Below, piece by piece: positions 63,216 through 64,000 of a stretch of 64,000 bases of DNA. A model generated the notes under the pieces. The model worked only from the letters and a program-made list of their open reading frames with translations. It had not been told where the DNA came from and did no database searches. The stretch is from Malacoraja senta. Its lineage: Eukaryota. A program made the translations under genes and the position numbers. Every line of letters starts with the position of its first letter. Position 1 is the stretch's first letter. The stretch is from the NCBI GenBank assembly GCA_038087875.1, contig CM075989.1, positions 4,216,001 through 4,280,000 on the forward strand, in the 5' to 3' direction.

Positions 63216-63794
63216 CTATTTTATTTCAATTTTCTCTTTAGTTGCTAGCCAGGACCTTATTAAACACATTGTGATACCCATGTAGACTAATTAAAATGTG
63301 CTATCCTCATCAGCCTTCCTTGTTACCAACCTAAATATTTCATTCATGTCAATTGGACATGACCTTTTTAGAAGATAGACACAAAAAGCTGGAGTAACTC
63401 AGCGGGTCAGACAGCATCTTTGGAGAAAAGGTATCGGTGATGTTTCGGGTCCAGATGTTTCTTCAGACTGAGAATCAGGGGAAAGGCAAATGAGAGATAT
63501 AGACGGTGATACAGAGACATAAAACAAATGAGTGAAAGATATGCAAAAAAGTAATTATGATAAAGGGAACAGCCCATTGTTAGCTGAGGGCGAGTGAGTT
63601 ATTTTCGGAACTAGCCCTTGGTATTCTTGAATCATCTGTGTCTATCAACATGATATTTAATAGTCTCTTGAAAACCTTGATCAAGATTATCATCCATGGA
63701 CAATGTTTGACCTCGCTTCAAGAAAGTTTTTAATAGATATGATAATAGGTGAGAATGGATACATATATTTGAGGTTCTGCTCATATCTGTCAAA

Positions 63795-64000
63795 ACCCGT
63801 ATCCATACACCTGTCCAAATGTCTTTTAAATGGAGTTATAGTATCTGCCTCAACTTGCTCCTCAGGTAGTTTGTTCCATTACCCAGCACTGTCTATGTGC
63901 AAAAGTTGCCTCTCAATTTCCTAACAAATCTTTCTCCTCTCAATTTAAACCTTGGTCCTCTGGTTCTTGATTCACCTACTCTGGGTGAAAAGCTGTGCAT
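63795..64000 (-). mobile_element. CR1-type 3' fragment
   Basis: Consensus match. Confidence 0.7.

Noticed and set aside
1..64000. CRISPR arrays, operons or prokaryotic systems
   Set aside because: The DNA is eukaryotic. Repeats are dispersed retroelements, not regularly spaced repeat-spacer arrays.

Overview
This is eukaryotic, vertebrate-type intronic or intergenic DNA. The repeat content points to a cartilaginous fish, probably a skate or ray (inference): HE1/V-domain tRNA-SINEs, CR1/HER1-type LINEs, Penelope-like elements with GIY-YIG, Rex1/Babar and L2 fossils, and a Deu-domain SINE. I cannot identify any intact host protein-coding gene. All clearly protein-like ORFs are broken retroelement ORFs, and most other ORFs in the track are SINE or microsatellite artefacts. 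The most notable observations are: (i) many Penelope-derived short elements with a minimal hammerhead-ribozyme-like core, often in fold-back form with 12-18 bp TSDs; (ii) two different Harbinger-like MITEs inserted in tandem at one TAA inside a SINE; (iii) a ~130 bp duplicated non-TE element in a 5.7 kb TE-poor island; (iv) a perfect 47 bp inverted repeat inside a SINE; (v) candidate non-coding exons and a candidate recursive splice site, suggesting a long + strand host transcript. Repeat boundaries were read by eye and are approximate unless a TSD or TIR fixes them.
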